Assembly (NCBI GenBank): GCA_050012195.1
Contig: JBEKHQ010000001.1
Coordinates: 1-28,114 of the forward strand
Direction of reading: 5' to 3'
DNA from: Bryobacteraceae bacterium
Lineage (GTDB): Bacteria; Acidobacteriota; Terriglobia; Bryobacterales; Bryobacteraceae
DNA length: 28,114 nt
Shown piece after piece: positions 26,901 to 28,114 of this stretch. The position numbers and the translations under genes are program-made. The notes beneath the pieces were generated by a model that saw only the letters and a program-made list of their open reading frames with translations, was not told the origin of the DNA and made no database searches. How positions within the stretch are numbered: position 1 is the first letter of the stretch; every line of letters begins with the position of its first letter.

Positions 26901-28114
26901 ACCGACGTTCCCTGGCTGGTAGTAAGCCCACAGTCTGGAACGCTCAGCGGGGAGGGGGCCCTCACGCTACAGGCTACGATTTTGACGCCGAGCCTCGCGC
27001 CGGGCGCATACCTGGGACACATCGAGATCGATTCGCCCTACGGCAGCTTCCAGATCCCGGCCAGCCTGCTGATTTCAGGACAAACGTCAAATTTGGGATC
27101 GCGGCCGAGAATGATACTGAGCCGGGACGGCATCCTGCTGCGTGCACGGCAGGGGAATGGGGTGTCCGGACCGGTCCCGACAACCTTCGAGATTACAGGC
27201 TCCACTAGCACCACGATCAACTATACGGTCAGCCAGGTAGGCGGAGAAGGCTGGCTGACGCTGGTAAGCGACCCGCAAGGCACCGCCTCGAGCACGGTTA
27301 CGGGAACGGTGGCTTTCAAGGCTACGAGCGCTCAATTGCCGAAGGGCGCGTATTATGCGATCTTGCGCGTCACTGCGGCCGAGCCCTTCGACTCGCCTTT
27401 GGATTTCCTGGTGGTCCTGGATGTAGAAGACGCCTCCACGCCGGCCACGCCGGATTCCTACCCCAGCGGCTTGCTATTTGCGGCTGCGGCCGGAACCAAT
27501 CCGCCCACTCAGATGGTGGCCGTCTACACCAGCAACGACAAGCCCATATCGTACCAAGTGGCGATCGAGACGGAGAGCGGCGGAAATTGGCTTTCGGCCA
27601 CGCCGCTGGCCGGCTTCCTCGCTACCCTAACGCCGGCGCAGCTTACCGTGTCGGTGAATACTTCCAATTTGACGCCCGGAATCTACCGGGGCGGGGTCAA
27701 TGTCTCGATCAGCAACCTGGAAGTGCGCACGGTGAACGTCACCCTGATCGTTCCGGACTTGGGTTCTTCCTCGAGCTCGTCGTCGCATGCGGTCTCGAAC
27801 CCGGCTTCGAGCGCCTCCGCCACTCCGGCGGCTGCGTCAACCTGTACGCCCGCCAATCTGGTGTTAACGGAAACAGGTTTGCCCGGCAGTTTCTCGACTC
27901 CCGCCGCGTGGCCCAGTTACATCGCCGTCCAGCTTGCAGACGATTGCGGCAATCCGGTCTTCGGCGGCTACGTGGTAGCCAATTTCTCGAACGGCGATCC
28001 ATCGCTCTCGCTGGCTGCGAACACTGCGACCACGGCGCTGTATTCCGCCACCTGGACACCAGTAAACCCCGTGGCGCAACTCACGATCACGATGCAAGCC
28101 AGCGCTTCGGGACT
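23931..28114 (+). CDS. Large secreted surface protein with BACON-like and eight putative-Ig (He_PIG-like) domains; truncated by window end (>1390 aa)
   Basis: Not in the ORF track because there is no stop codon in the window. Manual translation: signal peptide MLKPLHGLLLAGLLAAPVLFGQ; one BACON-like unit (PWISIT...SRSGSIT); eight 'T.LP.A..G.PYS....A.GG..PY.WS...LP..L.L...G.LSGTP' repeats; four 'WL.VS'-type BACON-like units; then 'CTPANLV...PAAWPSYIAVQLADDCGNPV...ANFSNGDP'. Confidence 0.9.
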   Translation, partial: MLKPLHGLLLAGLLAAPVLFGQDPLCTGSQSSSGETFESNGGAGTFSGTVTTYCGPLTSATPSAPWISITSATGTFSIQFSVSPNTTGSSRSGSITAKFTNPGIESFTFSVTQYAKLTFTSSSLPVGAVGYPYSAQLQVSGGSDDSRSFSIISGSLPPGLSLSGSTIGGTPTGSGTTASFTAQVTDIDPSSGNPFSATQGFEITINPRFTASTTSLPGATVGVSYSASVSASGGFAPYGWSLISGALPSGLSLNSGTGAISGIPGANSQGSYPITIQVSDLRGETLNVPLTLNVAGTPIPLTITTSTLPSATAGVPYSASLTANGGTTPYAWSAAGLPSWLSVSPAGQVSGTPPAGSAGSFPFTAKVLDAIGHSASAPLSLQVNLPPPGPLSIVTTSPLPDGREGSVYNFGFVATGGKAPYEWSATGLPAFLNLAPSGSLTGIPSVGSAGPYSFTATVSDALGNKVSGTFGLKVDSLTSLGITTSLLPPATVGVPYSVAFAATGGTLPYAWSASGLPSWLSLSQAGQLSGTPPAGAPVSLSFTVSVGDSAGNKASGMFSLTVNPLKSTVLVTIIVASPLPQATENQPYTVTFSASGGTAPYTWTGVGVPYWANLSPAGVLSGTPPFGSAGATLLTVTATDSANNSQSTQVTLVVLSANGPTITTTSPLPNAAAGANYQITLSATGGTPPYQWSGSGIPAGLTLTSNGQLSGTPTTQGVNTVTAQATDADHNVAFAALNLQVAPSAITIITPTPLPAGEVSVSYSTVFQSSGGTRPQSWSLVSGTIPPGTTLDSSGVLSGTPTQTGVFDFTVNVSDEGVADVEKTKAVKANVAGVAGASAPFEITVTPYVTPDLILSCGSLSFAAPSQGTASLQTCSVISTVYNSIPFSVSANVPWLSVSTGGITPGNLEIGANPAGLSDGAHAGTITVSSPGVTSKTIQVSFTTNAELEASGILQVSPSTLTLSSPGSPALNQTLFLQNLGQGNLPFTVSTDVPWLVVSPQSGTLSGEGALTLQATILTPSLAPGAYLGHIEIDSPYGSFQIPASLLISGQTSNLGSRPRMILSRDGILLRARQGNGVSGPVPTTFEITGSTSTTINYTVSQVGGEGWLTLVSDPQGTASSTVTGTVAFKATSAQLPKGAYYAILRVTAAEPFDSPLDFLVVLDVEDASTPATPDSYPSGLLFAAAAGTNPPTQMVAVYTSNDKPISYQVAIETESGGNWLSATPLAGFLATLTPAQLTVSVNTSNLTPGIYRGGVNVSISNLEVRTVNVTLIVPDLGSSSSSSSHAVSNPASSASATPAAASTCTPANLVLTETGLPGSFSTPAAWPSYIAVQLADDCGNPVFGGYVVANFSNGDPSLSLAANTATTALYSATWTPVNPVAQLTITMQASASG

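Noticed and set aside
24005-28097. Short ORFs listed in the track across the last 4 kb
   Set aside because: All overlap the single uninterrupted reading frame starting at 23931, which has a signal peptide and clear repeat domains.
1-28114. Mobile elements, tRNA or rRNA genes
   Set aside because: No transposase, integrase, terminal inverted repeats or structural RNA signatures were seen.

Overview
GC-rich bacterial window. The gene content suggests Acidobacteriota of the Bryobacter/Solibacter type (inference). It has four blocks. (1) 1-10270, minus strand: an exosortase-associated exopolysaccharide operon with an RHH-like regulator, Wzc tyrosine autokinase, exosortase, EpsI, two GT4s, a Wzy/ligase-like membrane protein, a Wzx flippase, a 64-aa ORF and a truncated GT4. 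It is preceded by a possible sigma54 promoter and two identical-arm palindromes. (2) 10550-14145: a secreted protein of eight 32-aa CX6C repeats, a secreted MBL-fold hydrolase and an ABC exporter. (3) 14256-23568, plus strand, the most unusual part: five closely spaced genes encoding a NuoE-NuoF fusion, an Fe-S / 2x cNMP-binding / Fe-S protein with no catalytic domain, a diheme-b ferric-reductase-like membrane protein, a membrane-anchored decaheme cytochrome c, and a 1072-aa nitric oxide synthase fusion (2x cNMP-binding, BFD [2Fe-2S], FAD/NAD reductase, NOS oxygenase) with a divergent substrate pocket. Together these look like a cyclic-nucleotide-controlled redox/NO system. (4) 23931 to the end: a large secreted Ig/BACON repeat protein that runs off the window and is missing from the ORF track. 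All calls come from reading motifs by eye; no database searches were run.
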